Origin: a virus
Taxonomy: Duplodnaviria; Caudoviricetes
Length of the DNA stretch: 51,894 nt
IMG/VR virus record: IMGVR_UViG_3300043419_001406
Location: 1 to 51,894 of that record
Strand: one strand, 5' to 3'
Within the stretch, counting starts at the first letter, position 1. Every line of letters starts with the position of its first letter. Positions 17,084 through 29,700 of this stretch are shown piece by piece. The position numbers were made by a program, and so were the translations under genes. The notes beneath the pieces were generated by a model, which made no database searches, was not told where the DNA came from, and was given only the letters and a program-made list of their open reading frames with translations.

Positions 17084-18477
17084 TGGCCAGAGAGGTCACA
17101 GCCGATGCCGACCTGAGGTTCGAAGGTTTCGCTAGCTACCCCAATAGCGCGACCTTCGAGCCTAGCTCGTTTCTGGAATACGCCAGCAACGTCAGGATAA
17201 CGGACGGCGTGATCTCCCCTAGGAAGGGCTCCCTGCTCGTCCTTTCCCTAGGTAGCAACTCATTGGCAGACTACGCCGTGCCTGCACATGGGGCCAGCGG
17301 AGACTCCATCATATTCTTTGGCTCAAACCAGCGCTACACCATCGATAGCGAGATGGTTATCAGCGATCTGGGAATCCAGCAGTACCAAAGGGTTCGCGGC
17401 CAAGGCTACCAAAACGCCATTTGCGCCGAGTCGACGGACCAATCCTTCACGGCCTGCGGGAATATCACGGAAAGGCTCGTGACGGCCGAGAACGACCAGC
17501 TCAGGTTCACGGCCTATGGCGGCGTAAAACCCGTCCCGGCTGACAGCCTAAGCCTCATTCAGGGCACTTACGACCCCATCCAAGCCATTTCGACGGCCCA
17601 CAACTCCATATTGGCCTTCGGCAAGAGGAGCATCTACTCCATCAAGGCCGGCGTGGGCTATCTGGCTACGCCCAAAAAGCAGGACGCCCTGCACCAAGTC
17701 CAGAAAATCAGCTCTTTCGACGGAGTGACGGGCAAGGATGCCTTGGCGACCATGGGAGGCATCACCGTTTTCTTTGATTCCAACCGCCGCCCGGGCATAA
17801 AAGTCCTCGCCGGCGAGAAGTTCTTGGAGGGAGGAGAGCCGATGAGCACCTTGATCCATGATATCATCGATCGTGTGGACCCTGCTTACTACGACAAGGT
17901 CTGCATCGTCGCTTTTTGTGGCCGTTTCTACGTTTCTCTCCCGTTTTCAGAGGGAGGTCAGCTCCGCTGGCGAGTCTTGGTGCTCAATCCGCAGCTTAAG
18001 GGCATGTTTGAGTCCCTCGACGAGTACCCATTCAACCCATCCGTCCTGCTCGTGGCCCGCAAAGACGGCCGTCCTAGGCTCCATGCCTTCGATGTGACGT
18101 CAAAAGAGCTCTACAGGCTCGAAGATGGCCTAGTGGATGACCGGGTTGACGCCTCTCAGGCCGTCACGTCCGAGATCAGGACGCGCAACTACATGTTCCG
18201 CACCATGGCTGACAAGAAGTATGACGCCTTCTATGTCCACATGGACAACACGGACGAATCCAACGTCCAGATCAAGGCAATAACCATAAACCCTGACTCC
18301 GAACAGGTCATGGACAAGTTTAGCGACGCCAAGGGCGCCACGGTTAGGCGCGGTTTGATCAACAAACGTGCCATGGGTGTTAAGCTCAAGATCATTGTCA
18401 CCGGCGGGTCGGCGCGCATCCTTGCATGCGGATTGGACGCCTCCGTAGCTGGAAGATCCCTATTTAGCATCTACTAA
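17083..18477 (+). CDS. Tail nozzle / tubular protein B-like (beta-propeller)
   Basis: ASNVRITDGVISPRKG, ILAFGKRSIY and PMSTLIHDII pattern of P22 gp10-like nozzles. Confidence 0.7.
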   Translation: MAREVTADADLRFEGFASYPNSATFEPSSFLEYASNVRITDGVISPRKGSLLVLSLGSNSLADYAVPAHGASGDSIIFFGSNQRYTIDSEMVISDLGIQQYQRVRGQGYQNAICAESTDQSFTACGNITERLVTAENDQLRFTAYGGVKPVPADSLSLIQGTYDPIQAISTAHNSILAFGKRSIYSIKAGVGYLATPKKQDALHQVQKISSFDGVTGKDALATMGGITVFFDSNRRPGIKVLAGEKFLEGGEPMSTLIHDIIDRVDPAYYDKVCIVAFCGRFYVSLPFSEGGQLRWRVLVLNPQLKGMFESLDEYPFNPSVLLVARKDGRPRLHAFDVTSKELYRLEDGLVDDRVDASQAVTSEIRTRNYMFRTMADKKYDAFYVHMDNTDESNVQIKAITINPDSEQVMDKFSDAKGATVRRGLINKRAMGVKLKIIVTGGSARILACGLDASVAGRSLFSIY

Positions 18478-19403
18478 TGTTATCCCCGCTTCCAGATCCT
18501 CACTATCCTTGGGGTAACGGAGTTTATCCGTACGCAGGCACTACTGCGAATTACACACTCCCTACGGGACATACCGCATCCCCGAGCCAATCTCATTGGA
18601 AGCCTGACCAATGGGGGTACATCCCCAACAGGGGATACACCCTGTACGCCCGGGATCTCAAGACCGAGATGCTCGGCACCCAAGATGCGTACAACGAGAC
18701 TCTCGCCAGCTGGATAGACAACAACAACGTCGCCAAGTGGTGGATGAGCAAGGATGCCGAAGAGATGACTCCGAACTTCAGGAGTCAGCTGCTCTACGGG
18801 ATGGCCAATGACGTCGGTGGCACCACGTTCCTTAACAACGTCCCCACCAACGCAGACCAGAGGGAAAAGCTCGTCGAGCTGGCCGCCAAAGCAAAAGCCC
18901 TGTATGAAGACCCTGAGATAGACGTCAGCCAGAACACCCAATATGCGGCCGGCATGAGCGCGGCCATGGGTGGAGGCCATAACGCCGCCACGGCGATCAA
19001 GGACAATATTTCGTTCGAGCAGAAGCTTGAAGCCAAGAAGGTCGCCCTTCAGGCCTACACGCAAGCATTGGACGCCTACTTCAAGACCTATACGTCCACC
19101 GCCGTGCAGATGGGGTCGGACATCAACAAGTCCGCCTTGGTCGCCGCCACCAGCGTACCTACCGTCGTTCCGTTCGAGTCGCAGCTCGCCGGCGACGTCT
19201 ACTCGAATTGGCAGGACATCAAGAATACCGGCCAGATGCGCGACCAGCAGATCAGGCAGACCTACAATGGTGCCAAGGCCATGCTTTCTTACTACAAGAA
19301 GACCGATGCTTGGATCGAGCAGAACTCATGGAATTGGTACCCTGAAACCACGGCCACGGTCCTAGGCATCCGCTCTCAGTACCACGCCGCCGCCTCCTTC
19401 TAA
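18477..19403 (+). CDS. Putative internal virion / ejection protein
   Basis: Position after nozzle; helical and Ala/Gln-rich. Confidence 0.55.
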   Translation: MLSPLPDPHYPWGNGVYPYAGTTANYTLPTGHTASPSQSHWKPDQWGYIPNRGYTLYARDLKTEMLGTQDAYNETLASWIDNNNVAKWWMSKDAEEMTPNFRSQLLYGMANDVGGTTFLNNVPTNADQREKLVELAAKAKALYEDPEIDVSQNTQYAAGMSAAMGGGHNAATAIKDNISFEQKLEAKKVALQAYTQALDAYFKTYTSTAVQMGSDINKSALVAATSVPTVVPFESQLAGDVYSNWQDIKNTGQMRDQQIRQTYNGAKAMLSYYKKTDAWIEQNSWNWYPETTATVLGIRSQYHAAASF

Positions 19404-19404
19404 C

Positions 19405-20298
19405 ATGCAACAGCTCAACTCGCCGTACCAAGGAGATCGAAGCGACAGCCTGTCCAACATCATGGGCATGCAGTACCAACCTCAGAATCAGCTCAATCAG
19501 TTCACATCCCAGCTTGGAATAACAGGAATAAACAACGCCTCTGCCACCAATCGCGCCGCCATGCAGAATTGGTCGAGCGAGAAGATAGCGGCCAATAACC
19601 TCAGGGAGACCACTAGGTTCAACACGTTGAACTACATGCTTGGAGCAGGCAGGCTTGGAATGGACATGGACAAAAGTGAGTTCGATATGCAAAAGGACAT
19701 CGCTACGTTCCGAGAAAATAGGGCCAACAAGGTCATCGATCAGCAGAACGAAAGTGATAAGATCCGTAATGAAAAGCTTCGCGTAACTGCCGGAGAAAGG
19801 CTGAAAACCCTAGCCGACGCGGACGCTGACAAGGCCGCTTCGGCCGCATGGGGCGTGTGGGAAAGGCAGGCCGACGACGTGCTGGAACAGCTCAAGGAAT
19901 CCGTAAGGACCGCAAAAACGCCCGAAGAAAAGGCCAGATACGAGTACCAACTCAACTCATTCGCCAGAAAGTACAGCTGGGCTGCGGGCGAGTGGAATAA
20001 GCGCGGAAGGCACTTTATGACCGCCTTCAGCACGTCTCCGCTAGGAAACCCGATGACGCTTCGAGAGACGGCTATCGCCGGTTTCAGGCCGCAACAATCA
20101 GGCCCGGCGGCAGCGGCAGGCGGAGGCGACGTATGGTCCGACGAGTATAAGCAGATACCGGGCGCTCCAGACCCTGCCGCTCCGTCGGCTAATTGGGCTC
20201 CCGCCGTAGTCCCTGCGCCTGCCACAGCCGCTACTCCTGCTCCCACCCCTGCCGATCCGGCCGCACCGGCTCCCACTTGGACCCCTACGGAATACTGA
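19405..20298 (+). CDS. Putative ejection protein with Pro/Ala-rich tail
   Basis: Q/N-rich N-terminus, coiled coil, PAAP repeats. Confidence 0.55.
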   Translation: MQQLNSPYQGDRSDSLSNIMGMQYQPQNQLNQFTSQLGITGINNASATNRAAMQNWSSEKIAANNLRETTRFNTLNYMLGAGRLGMDMDKSEFDMQKDIATFRENRANKVIDQQNESDKIRNEKLRVTAGERLKTLADADADKAASAAWGVWERQADDVLEQLKESVRTAKTPEEKARYEYQLNSFARKYSWAAGEWNKRGRHFMTAFSTSPLGNPMTLRETAIAGFRPQQSGPAAAAGGGDVWSDEYKQIPGAPDPAAPSANWAPAVVPAPATAATPAPTPADPAAPAPTWTPTEY

Positions 20299-20304
20299 TA
20301 TCAG

Positions 20305-21267
20305 ATGGCTGACACCTACAGGAGAGACGCCGGGAACCAAGGAAATGCCGGCATAAGCAAAGCCGTAAACGAGCTTGCCTCCTCTGGACGTCGACGGGTC
20401 ATTAAGCCTAACCAATTTTCCGGAGTTCCAACTCCTGAGCTTATTTATCTGGATGATTCGTCCGGAAGGAAGATGGACGATGAGACGTACTCCATCCTTA
20501 CGCAGGAGCTCGGCAAGCGTGGAGTCGCCATGGGCGTACAGAACAAGGCCGCGATATCGGATGCCGGGATAAACGTCGCAGACTCCTTGGCGGGGGTCAC
20601 GGGAGCCACATCGAGGTTCAAGAACGTCGCAAGGCTGTCCAAGGCAGCCCCGATCGCCGGATCGGTCCTAGGAGCCGTTCAAGGAGTTTCTCAGGCCGCA
20701 TCGGGAACAAACCCATACGGAGAGGGCATGCCGTCCGGATGGAATATACCGATAGACATCATCGAGGGATCTTATGGCTACACGGGCCCGTTCTATCCGC
20801 TGGCGCAGGCCGTTTTCGGAGGAGCTCTTTCCGAGATGGCAAATACATCGAACATGAAAGACGAAAGGCAGCGCCTTCTTGAGCTGGCTAAGGCCGGCAA
20901 GTTCGATGAGATCGAAAGAAGCCTCATGAGTTATGACTCTAGGGATTGGGACAGGGGAAAGCTGTCCCAGATATTTACGTCCGGCCTTCAGCAGGTTGAG
21001 AACAAGAGAAGGAACATGTTCAGGACGAACTTCAGGTCGCTTACGTCCAAGCAAGAAAGGGAGGCGGCCTTGATGGCAGAAATGGAAGACAGGTATAACT
21101 ATGACAGGGCGATGAGCGACTCAGATTTCGTATCCAAGTCCATCGCAGGCTACAGGGCCCGCGAGGCCGGATGGGACGCCGATCAGGTCGAGACGCTAAA
21201 ACGTTGGATAAAGGAATCGCTTGCTGGCCATGAGAGCGCAAGATATGAGGGAGTTCCCTCGCTTTAA
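20305..21267 (+). CDS. Putative ejection protein with glycine-rich hydrophobic segments
   Basis: AAPIAGSVLGAVQGVSQA; position. Confidence 0.5.
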   Translation: MADTYRRDAGNQGNAGISKAVNELASSGRRRVIKPNQFSGVPTPELIYLDDSSGRKMDDETYSILTQELGKRGVAMGVQNKAAISDAGINVADSLAGVTGATSRFKNVARLSKAAPIAGSVLGAVQGVSQAASGTNPYGEGMPSGWNIPIDIIEGSYGYTGPFYPLAQAVFGGALSEMANTSNMKDERQRLLELAKAGKFDEIERSLMSYDSRDWDRGKLSQIFTSGLQQVENKRRNMFRTNFRSLTSKQEREAALMAEMEDRYNYDRAMSDSDFVSKSIAGYRAREAGWDADQVETLKRWIKESLAGHESARYEGVPSL

Positions 21268-21275
21268 TTTCAAAA

Positions 21276-22766
21276 ATGCCCGCAGATCCTCGCTTTGCCG
21301 CTCCTCCGGCTCCTCCATATAACTCGCCAGAAGAGGTCGTAGCTGAATGGCGAAAACAGTTCGGCGTGTGGTGGGAACAACACGGACGAACACATAATAC
21401 TGATGGATCTAGGAAGGATGGCGCCGACAATCCGCCTAGCGACGCGGAAACTCCGCCCAAAGAAAACCAATCTAAACCAAAACCACCTATGGCAGATCAA
21501 ACAAACCCTCCAAAAGAGCCCCCGAAAGAGCTGACCCCCAACCAAATTGCCGAGGCAATATTGGCCGAACAGGCGTCAAAAAATCAGATCGGCGAGATTC
21601 CCGGAAGGAGGCCGACTTCTCTAAGCGAAGTAGCACGACGGGCTGAAGGGTACTTGCAGACCCCCGAAGAGGACCTGTCTGGATTCTGGAAGGCCTTAGT
21701 GGGGCAAAGCGTTCCAAGGAGCAGGTTGGCCTTGCTTGCGCAGATGTTCAACCCTGTGGCATTCTTTACCTCCACTCCGACCGGAATTGCGGCGAGGCTT
21801 GAAGCCGCAGACGCCTTGGAGGAGGGGAGAAAATCAACGGTCGATGAGGCTAAAATCACGGGACTTGTTCCTGAATCTGAGCTTCAAGCTGACCCAGACA
21901 AGGTAGAGACGATAATTCCAGAAGAAGCGGAAGGCCAGACCGGAAACGTTCAAAAAAGGGCCAGAAAAATAGTAGCAGGCGTCAAGGAGCAATACGCACA
22001 AGGGCGCGAAAAAGTTGTTAAGGCTAAGAACGAAAGTGCTGCGGCCGCAGGCGTCCTTGGTGGCGCGAGCAAGGCTGTTCAGGGCGCCGGCGCCGGAGCG
22101 TTGCTCTATAATTTCTGGCCTCAAGGCGTCTGGCCGAGGGACCCGGCTCCCACCCTTAAAGATAAGCTTGAAGACTCCACCAAGCTTGAGGGGGATAGGT
22201 GGAACGCGGTCATGCAGAGGCTGGAGCCACTCCGTGTAAAAGCGATAGAAGGCGATACCGTTGAGCTTGCAAACAAGCGCGAAGAGTCTCGCAAGCTTGC
22301 GTCCAAAGCCCTCTCTTCAGCCCTCAAGGTGAACATAGAGGGCCTTAAGGAATCAGATCTGGCGGCGGTAGTTAAATCGTCCGGAGTAAGGAGCGACCTT
22401 AACGCCAAGTTCGTCCAATCGATACCCCCTGAAAAGATAGACTCTTGGATGCAGGACAGGAGCGCCGCCTCCAGAAGGAGCCTGAATGAAGCCATGGATG
22501 CTCAATCCAAGATCGAGGGAAAGAAGGACATGGTGTATCTTGGGCGCGGAAGGTTCGCGATAAAAATGAAGGGCCTCGAAGGCGAGAATCCCGGCTGGAC
22601 CATAGCGAGCCTTAAGGACGGTAAGGTGGTCATACCCAATGAAAATAGCGACCTCGACAATAAGCCCACGAAGGGCATGACCTACGGAGAGTACAAGAAG
22701 CTCAAGGGAAGCGACAAGGCGCTGGCGGAATACTCGGGCAATGGTGGCCCAGAAATAGAGTTTTAA
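21276..22766 (+). CDS. Putative internal virion protein
   Basis: Long ORF in the ejection cluster; AAAGVLGGASKAVQGAGAGALLY. Confidence 0.5.
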   Translation: MPADPRFAAPPAPPYNSPEEVVAEWRKQFGVWWEQHGRTHNTDGSRKDGADNPPSDAETPPKENQSKPKPPMADQTNPPKEPPKELTPNQIAEAILAEQASKNQIGEIPGRRPTSLSEVARRAEGYLQTPEEDLSGFWKALVGQSVPRSRLALLAQMFNPVAFFTSTPTGIAARLEAADALEEGRKSTVDEAKITGLVPESELQADPDKVETIIPEEAEGQTGNVQKRARKIVAGVKEQYAQGREKVVKAKNESAAAAGVLGGASKAVQGAGAGALLYNFWPQGVWPRDPAPTLKDKLEDSTKLEGDRWNAVMQRLEPLRVKAIEGDTVELANKREESRKLASKALSSALKVNIEGLKESDLAAVVKSSGVRSDLNAKFVQSIPPEKIDSWMQDRSAASRRSLNEAMDAQSKIEGKKDMVYLGRGRFAIKMKGLEGENPGWTIASLKDGKVVIPNENSDLDNKPTKGMTYGEYKKLKGSDKALAEYSGNGGPEIEF

Positions 22767-22772
22767 CAGCTC

Positions 22773-23708
22773 ATGGAAGACGAAGATATCTCATCCCTGA
22801 TAAGCCAAATGGCGTCTCAGGGCCCGACTCAGTACGGAGCCACTTCGTCTGCCGTGCCCGGCAGGCAGCCTCGGCCGGCGCCGGTAAGTTTTGACGTCGC
22901 TAGGCAGATGTACGACGACGACTCGATGGCTCTGGCCGCTGTTTACGACACCAGCGGACGTGCCTCCGCGGCGCAACAGGCATATCTGGATCAGCAAAGG
23001 AAGATGCAGGACCCGAACTTTCGGGCTCAGCAGTTCTACATGAGCACGGGCAACTTGGCCGGAGCGATCCAGATAGGTAAGTCAAAAGGTTCGGCCCTGT
23101 TCAAGATGGGGTCCGAGATCAACATGGGTAGGGCAGGAACCTTCATGATGGCTCCTCAAGGCGAAATGGAGGCCAAGACGCCCGACGGCAGGTCGATCAG
23201 AATACCGGCATACATGGTGGCCGCAAAGAACGGCATCAACGTCCTTCCGTTCACGGGTGGGGACGAAAACGCGGACGCTTACAAGAGCACGATCATGAAC
23301 GCCGAGAGGGCATTCAGCCTGCTCGATGAGCTAGAGGATCTGTATAATGACAGCGGATACATCGGAACGATGTCGCCCACCGCCCGCGCCGCAAAAGCCG
23401 TCCAAATCGAGTCAATGCTGACTCCGCTTGTCCTCCAGACGCTCTCCGGAACAAAGAGCCTAGCTAGCACATCCGAGAAAGAGCTTGAGCTCATTCAGGG
23501 CGGAGTGCCTAGGGCTGCCAGCTCCATGATGTGGAATCGAAGGTCCAACGAGATCCTGAAGTTGCGCAAACTGAGGACCGATATTCAGGGCGTAATTTAT
23601 CGCTCATCCAAGCTCAATGGTATTGAATTGATCCCGAAGAAGCGCCAATCTTCTGGCGCCGGTGGGGCGGCCCAGACCGTCTCCATTCCCGGAGTCATAC
23701 CTGAATAA
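22773..23708 (+). CDS. Putative ejection protein
   Basis: TAATG-coupled to the giant gene; helical-bundle C-terminus. Confidence 0.55.
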   Translation: MEDEDISSLISQMASQGPTQYGATSSAVPGRQPRPAPVSFDVARQMYDDDSMALAAVYDTSGRASAAQQAYLDQQRKMQDPNFRAQQFYMSTGNLAGAIQIGKSKGSALFKMGSEINMGRAGTFMMAPQGEMEAKTPDGRSIRIPAYMVAAKNGINVLPFTGGDENADAYKSTIMNAERAFSLLDELEDLYNDSGYIGTMSPTARAAKAVQIESMLTPLVLQTLSGTKSLASTSEKELELIQGGVPRAASSMMWNRRSNEILKLRKLRTDIQGVIYRSSKLNGIELIPKKRQSSGAGGAAQTVSIPGVIPE

Positions 23709-26700
23709 TGGAACCTACCGAACCTACCCAACCGCAAACTCCAGAAGACAGGGACGCCCAGATAAAGCGAGACATCATCGCCGGGCTTCAGTCTGGAGGA
23801 ATGGACTTAAGGGCCGCGCCTGCTTTCAATTTTGAGGAAGAGGAGAAGCCCGACGTCGCGGCTCAGACCGATCCGTCGTTGCTCACCGGCAAGGACATCT
23901 ATGAGTACATGCAGATGAACCGAAAGGCCCGGTTCTCTCATGACGAGATGGGCAGGAAGTCGTTCAGGATGATGATGGAGTACATGGACACCAAGAAGTC
24001 CGACTTCATGGGGTCAGCCGAAAACGCCTTAAGCACGATGGTTGAGGAGCTTGGCGGTCTGGCCGATGCTCCGCTGAATCCCGTAAAGTTCGCCGCCAGC
24101 ACGGCTGAAGGAGCCGCGAAGGGCATACAAGACATGTACGGCATCTTCGCCCAATCTGAAGATCCGGGAAGCTGGGGCTTCAAGCTGAAGAGCTATTTCA
24201 TGCGTCTTGCCGGAAAGGACGACGGAGACGTCGACTCGCAGATACGTCAATTCCATGAGGCCCGCGATTTCAATAATCGCTCTTACGAGCACATGGAAGG
24301 CAAGGGGACGATCCTCGGTGATTACATGCCGGAAGGCTGGAGGAAGACCTACGAAGGCCTCGTCGATTCAAAGTTCGCCACGGCCATGTCCTATGCCGTG
24401 CTCGACATACCGGAATGGTTTTTCTCTGCCGGATCCTCCACGCCGTCCACCGCGCTCAAGCTAGCCGCAACCGGAGCCGCCAAGAGCAGGCAGGCAACTT
24501 GGGCGGCTAGGGCCGTCGAGCGCCTAGGCGGATATGGAACTAATCTATTAGGCAAGAACTTGGACTTGGCAGCCGGCAAGTCGCTCGAAGCCGCCGGAAC
24601 AATCATCAGGGCCCCTTTCAAGGCCATCTACGGATCGTCTGCCGCCGCCGCACAGCTTGCTGGCGACTATGCCGGCAACGCCGTCCGCAACGCCTCCACG
24701 GCAGCCGCCGTAGAGATGGGCGCCGAGATAGTCGGCAACGGCATCAGGCACCCGGCCATGGGCTTCATGCGAAGCATCGGCCTTGAAGCTCTTGGCGAGC
24801 TGGCCCAGACCGCCGGAGCCGACATCGTCGACCGCGCGCTCGGCAAGGCCATGGTCAAGCCGGACGCGATCGGAATGACGACCCTTGAGCGCCTTGCTTC
24901 CGGAACCGCCCGCGGAGCCGAGACCATGTCCCGCGAGGCTCAGATGCTCGCCGTCGGTCTCAACGCTTCCGTCGGCTGGTCTACCAGCATGTCCAGCTCC
25001 GCCCTCAAGGCCATGTTCAGGGACGGCCTCATTGGCGCTGGCATCGGATACTACAACTCGCGCGAAGAAGGCGCCGGTGCCGGCGTAGGCATGGGTGTCG
25101 CTTGGGGCGGCCTTTCTGGAACCGTCCGCCACATGGGCGCGTACACTCGCTTCCAGCATCAAGACCAGCTGCTCGTCGACAATTTCAAGGGCTACGGCAT
25201 CGAGGCGTTCCGCCGGGTCCTAGGCACCACGGGCTACGAAAGCGCGAAGAGGTTCACCGAGCACGTCGAGAGCTTCGGAGATCTCCGTACGTCCGCCATC
25301 GAAATGGCGCACCTTCAGACGCTCATAGCTCACGAGGGCAACCTCATGGGCGTCGGTAACGTCAATTTCTACTTCGGCGACGTCTCCAAGAACCCGTCAG
25401 AACTGATGCAGGTTCTTGTCGACATGAAGATGCCGGCCAGCGAGATCGTGAAGACGATCGAGGGGGTGAAGAATAACCCGGGCATGATGGCAGACTTCAA
25501 GGACGTCAACAACGCCAACAAGAAGGTCCTGATACTCAACAGCGAGCAGTACAGGCCGACCACGGGCAGGCATGAAGTAGCCCACCTGCTCCTCAGATCT
25601 GTCGCGGAAGCCAACGGGGACATGGAGCTCATCGGCGATGCCGCAGGGAATAAGTTCAAGATCTTCAGGCCTAACTACCTGCTGAATCTTCTTGGCGCAT
25701 CCAAGGACATGGGCGCCATGCCGGACAAGGCGTGGAACGCCATGATACAGTCGTACACCGCGCTCTACGCCATGGCAACAGAAGGCCTCGACGAGGCTGG
25801 CGCCAAGGCTAGGGGCATGCAGATGGCGAATGCCGTCGAGACATATCGCGAGGCCTACAACAATGGCCAACTCAAGCTTCAAGACCCGGACGTAGCTTAT
25901 TTCGTAGCTCAAATCTCTAGGGTGGCCGAGGAAGCCTTCGCTTACTATCAGGGCGGACTCAGCAACGTTCTCCCCGTCGACCAATACACAAAGGACCCTG
26001 CCGCTAGGAATATGCTGAGGGCTTGGGCCGAAAACAGGGCCGCCCGCAAGAACAGCCTGATCATGGCCGACCTTGAGCTGGCTGGCGTCGAGATCCGGTC
26101 TAGGCTCACCAATCCGGACGGCTCTCCCAAGCTTTTCAGCGATCAAAAGGACGCTCACGGCAATCCCATCCCTGTCTTCGACTCCTTCCTTTTCGACGAC
26201 GGCAAGATGCTCCGCACTCCGGGCATGGACTCGTGGATCGACATGGTCATGCGTCAGGCCTACTCCAAGGGCGAAGTGCTCACCTCTACGATGGATCCGT
26301 TCCGTCAGGAGGCTTTGGCAAAGTCTGCCGGCAAGACTCATCTGTTCAGCTCTGTAGCCGGTGGCGGCATGAGGCTTAAGTCTCCCAAGGAGCTGGACGA
26401 GATGTCCAGCGAGCAGGCCAAAAAGATATTGGGCGCCGCCGGATCGGTTCCGGAAGACGTCCGTCCCTTCGTGGAGGTGGACCAAGAGGGCGCCACCAAG
26501 ATAAAGCTGGAGTCCATCGGAGCCGAGGCGCTCGAAGCCATCAGGCAGTCAGGAGCGTTCACGAAGCAGGAGTGGGATGCCATCGCCGGCATGATCAACA
26601 TCGTCCAGCGCAACCGGCAGGGCTCGATGCACAACAATGTGCTGAACGCCACGCTTCTCGCCCACACGATGCAGGTTCGCAAGGGCGCCAGCGTCATCCG

Positions 26701-29700
26701 CCTTACCGGCAAGGATGTCCCCGTCACCTACAGGTCGTTCGTCCCTCTCAGCGTTGAGGTCTACGTCAAGACCCATGACGCCCAAGGCAACCCGCTCAGG
26801 AGCCCTAAGGGCGGAGTGCTCATCCACTCTCTGGACATCGCGGCCGAGAACCGCAGGCTCCAGCGCGTATTCAAGAGGGCCGACGTCCAGCAGCTCTTCG
26901 GCGGAGACTTTGATAAGTTCGTCAAGACCTTCAACGCATACGTCATTAATCAGTCAGGCCTCAACGGAGCTAGGGTTCCGACGGCAGACCTTCTAAGGCC
27001 TATCTACGGCCCAGATGCCGAACGAGTCCGAGACATCCTGTATGAGGCTTTTGGCGGAAGGAAGACCAAGGATTCGGCTTGGATCAATGAGCCGGGCAAC
27101 GGATACAGGGGCGGAGCAGACGACCCCAACAGGCCGTTCTTCACCATGCGGTTCGACACGATGGCTGACATCCAAGTTCAGCCCACCGCTTGGAACCCCT
27201 ATTCTCGCGTCCCGTTCTTCCCGTACATCCACAACGTGGCGTACGAAGGAATCACGAAGAACTTCCAGCTTTCTGGATTCGCCGCCAGCCCGCTCGCCAA
27301 CGGAGGCATGATGCTCCGCAACCGGCAGGGCTTCGAGATATACGAAAGCAAGAAGGGCTATACCCTTTTCGATCCGTTCGGCATCAAGGTCGGCGTGTTC
27401 AAGACAGCCGCCAAGGCCATGAAGAAGGCGGCCAAGGACGCCGGCGAGCTAGACGAAGCCGACACCATCCCGGGCAACTCCACCTTCCATACGCCAGAGG
27501 GACCGTCCGAGATGGAGCCCTCGGCTTACCTGTCCAGCACCATGATGCTTGGCGGAAGGTCCGGCCAGATTGCGGCAAAGCTTTCGGCAGGCCGTAGCGC
27601 CCGCGGCATGAGCCCTGTCGAATATGTCGCGGCCCTTGCTAGGACCAACCCGAAGGCCAGCTTTGATGCCAGCCCTGTAAGCTCTTCGTCTTCTCCGAAC
27701 GTATTTCACCCGACCAACAACGCCGGGGTCGGGCTAGTCAACCTTCCGCCTATCGTTGCCCCAGACGGCACCGTCATCATCGACAAGGCCGTTCCGAAAA
27801 AGTTCATCAGGATGGATGAGGCCTTCGGCTCCGCGGCCCTTAATCTGGATGGCATAGACATACCTGCCGAGCAGGCCATCCTCAGCGCCGACGGAACGAC
27901 GCCTACTGCCATGCCGGGCGGAGACATGATCAATATCGCCATGTCTTTCAGCCCTGCACATGTCAGGGGGCTGGTCTCGCTTCATGGCCTAGACTTCGCG
28001 AATGCCGCATTTTCAAACAGGGCTGCAACCAGCCTTGTCGTGGCTACCGCCGTAAGGAACGGATCAATACCCATCCCAAGCACCTCCGGCGCCGGCAACG
28101 CTAGCCACGCCATGGCGCTTGCGTCTCTGATGGGGCAGAGGGATGCAAGCGGAACGAGCATCCATGAGGGCTATGTGGATGATTTCGTCTCAAAGAAGCA
28201 GATAGATGTCTTGGGCGACATGGCCACAAAGGTTGCTGGCGGCAACGTGGGCGCATACGACCTAGATAAAATAGGAAATTATAAAGACCAGAAACCGAAT
28301 CCGGCATTCCTTAAGTCGGCATTGTCCATAAGGGCCACATTTGGTACGCTTGATTGGGCGAAGGGAATCGTAAAGTCCGTCCAATCCGGCAAGACCCCGA
28401 GCACGGCTCAAGTGGCAGCGGCCCGCGCCATTCTCTCGGCCGTCGAGGGCAAGGCGACCCAGACGGGATCGCCGGCTCGCATGCAGCTCACTAGGGTCGC
28501 AAACCTAGACTTCGCGAGGGCCTACACGGAAGCGAAGATGGTCTATGGCACCGAGCAGAATGCTCCTCTAGCTGGAGGCGCCGCCGGAGGACAATGGATA
28601 TTTAGCGCTCCGGATAATCCTGACCATGTGATCATGTTCAATGACGCCATGGTCGACCTGTCGGACGTGGACCCAAGTGTATCTTCGTATCAGGCTGCGC
28701 TTGTTGTAAGGGAAATAGAGGCCCATCACGCAAAGTTCATGCAGGCCGTCAAAGCCTCTGGCAGCAAGATTCCCGTCTTTGATGAAGGCTCTGTCAGGAC
28801 TTCTTGGATTTCCGGACTTAATGATCTCATCCCGGGCCTGTCAGATGCCTTCACGGACATAATCATAAACCCGAAACGATCCCCTAGGCCTTCCGCAAGG
28901 GTTCAGACGTTCTTGGACGCATGGCGCGACTCCGCCAATAGGACGGCATCTAACGGAGGCATATTCAAGAAGACCGTAATCGGAAAGTTCGGGACGAATG
29001 GGAAGCTGGAGCTAGCGAAGACCGGATCAAAGATCGGCTTTGCTTGGATGTCTCTGGACAATGTGAATGATCCTGACGTGGATAACGTGCTCACGCACAG
29101 GTCTATCTACGAGGGCATAGAGGACGCCATAAACAGGCATGCGGTAGGAGACCCGAATGCCATTGTAGACGCCGCGGTTCTGTACGGAGTGATAAGCTCC
29201 TTGACCTCTGATGGGAATCCGTTCTTCCACCTTATAAAGCCGACGTATGAAAGGACGCTAGCCGGTGGAGTAAAAGACACGTTCAACAGGACCACCTTCT
29301 CCTCGGTCAGGGACCAGAGATACGGCAAATACAACACCTCAGCAGGGTATCCTTCTAGGCCCTACAGCAAGCCGGCAACAAGCATCTATGACCTTCCCGC
29401 GTCGAGGGCTTATGTCACGAAGCGGTCTACAAAGGCTTTGAAGGCTGCCGACGCTTCGGCGCCAATGTATCTGGAGGCGTCCGTCAATTCGGCAGACCCT
29501 TCGAGATACAGGTCGGTAGCAAGGGACAACGCCATAATAGGGTCCTCCATATCTCCGATAGTCGTAAGGACCAAGGGGACCAACCCCGTTCTTCAGGGCG
29601 GAGCGGCGAGCATGGTGGTTCATTCTAAGTCGGCGTCCGTCATGTGGTACGCTGGAACGAAGAACCCCGGGCACATGACGATGATCCCCGAGTCCCTAGG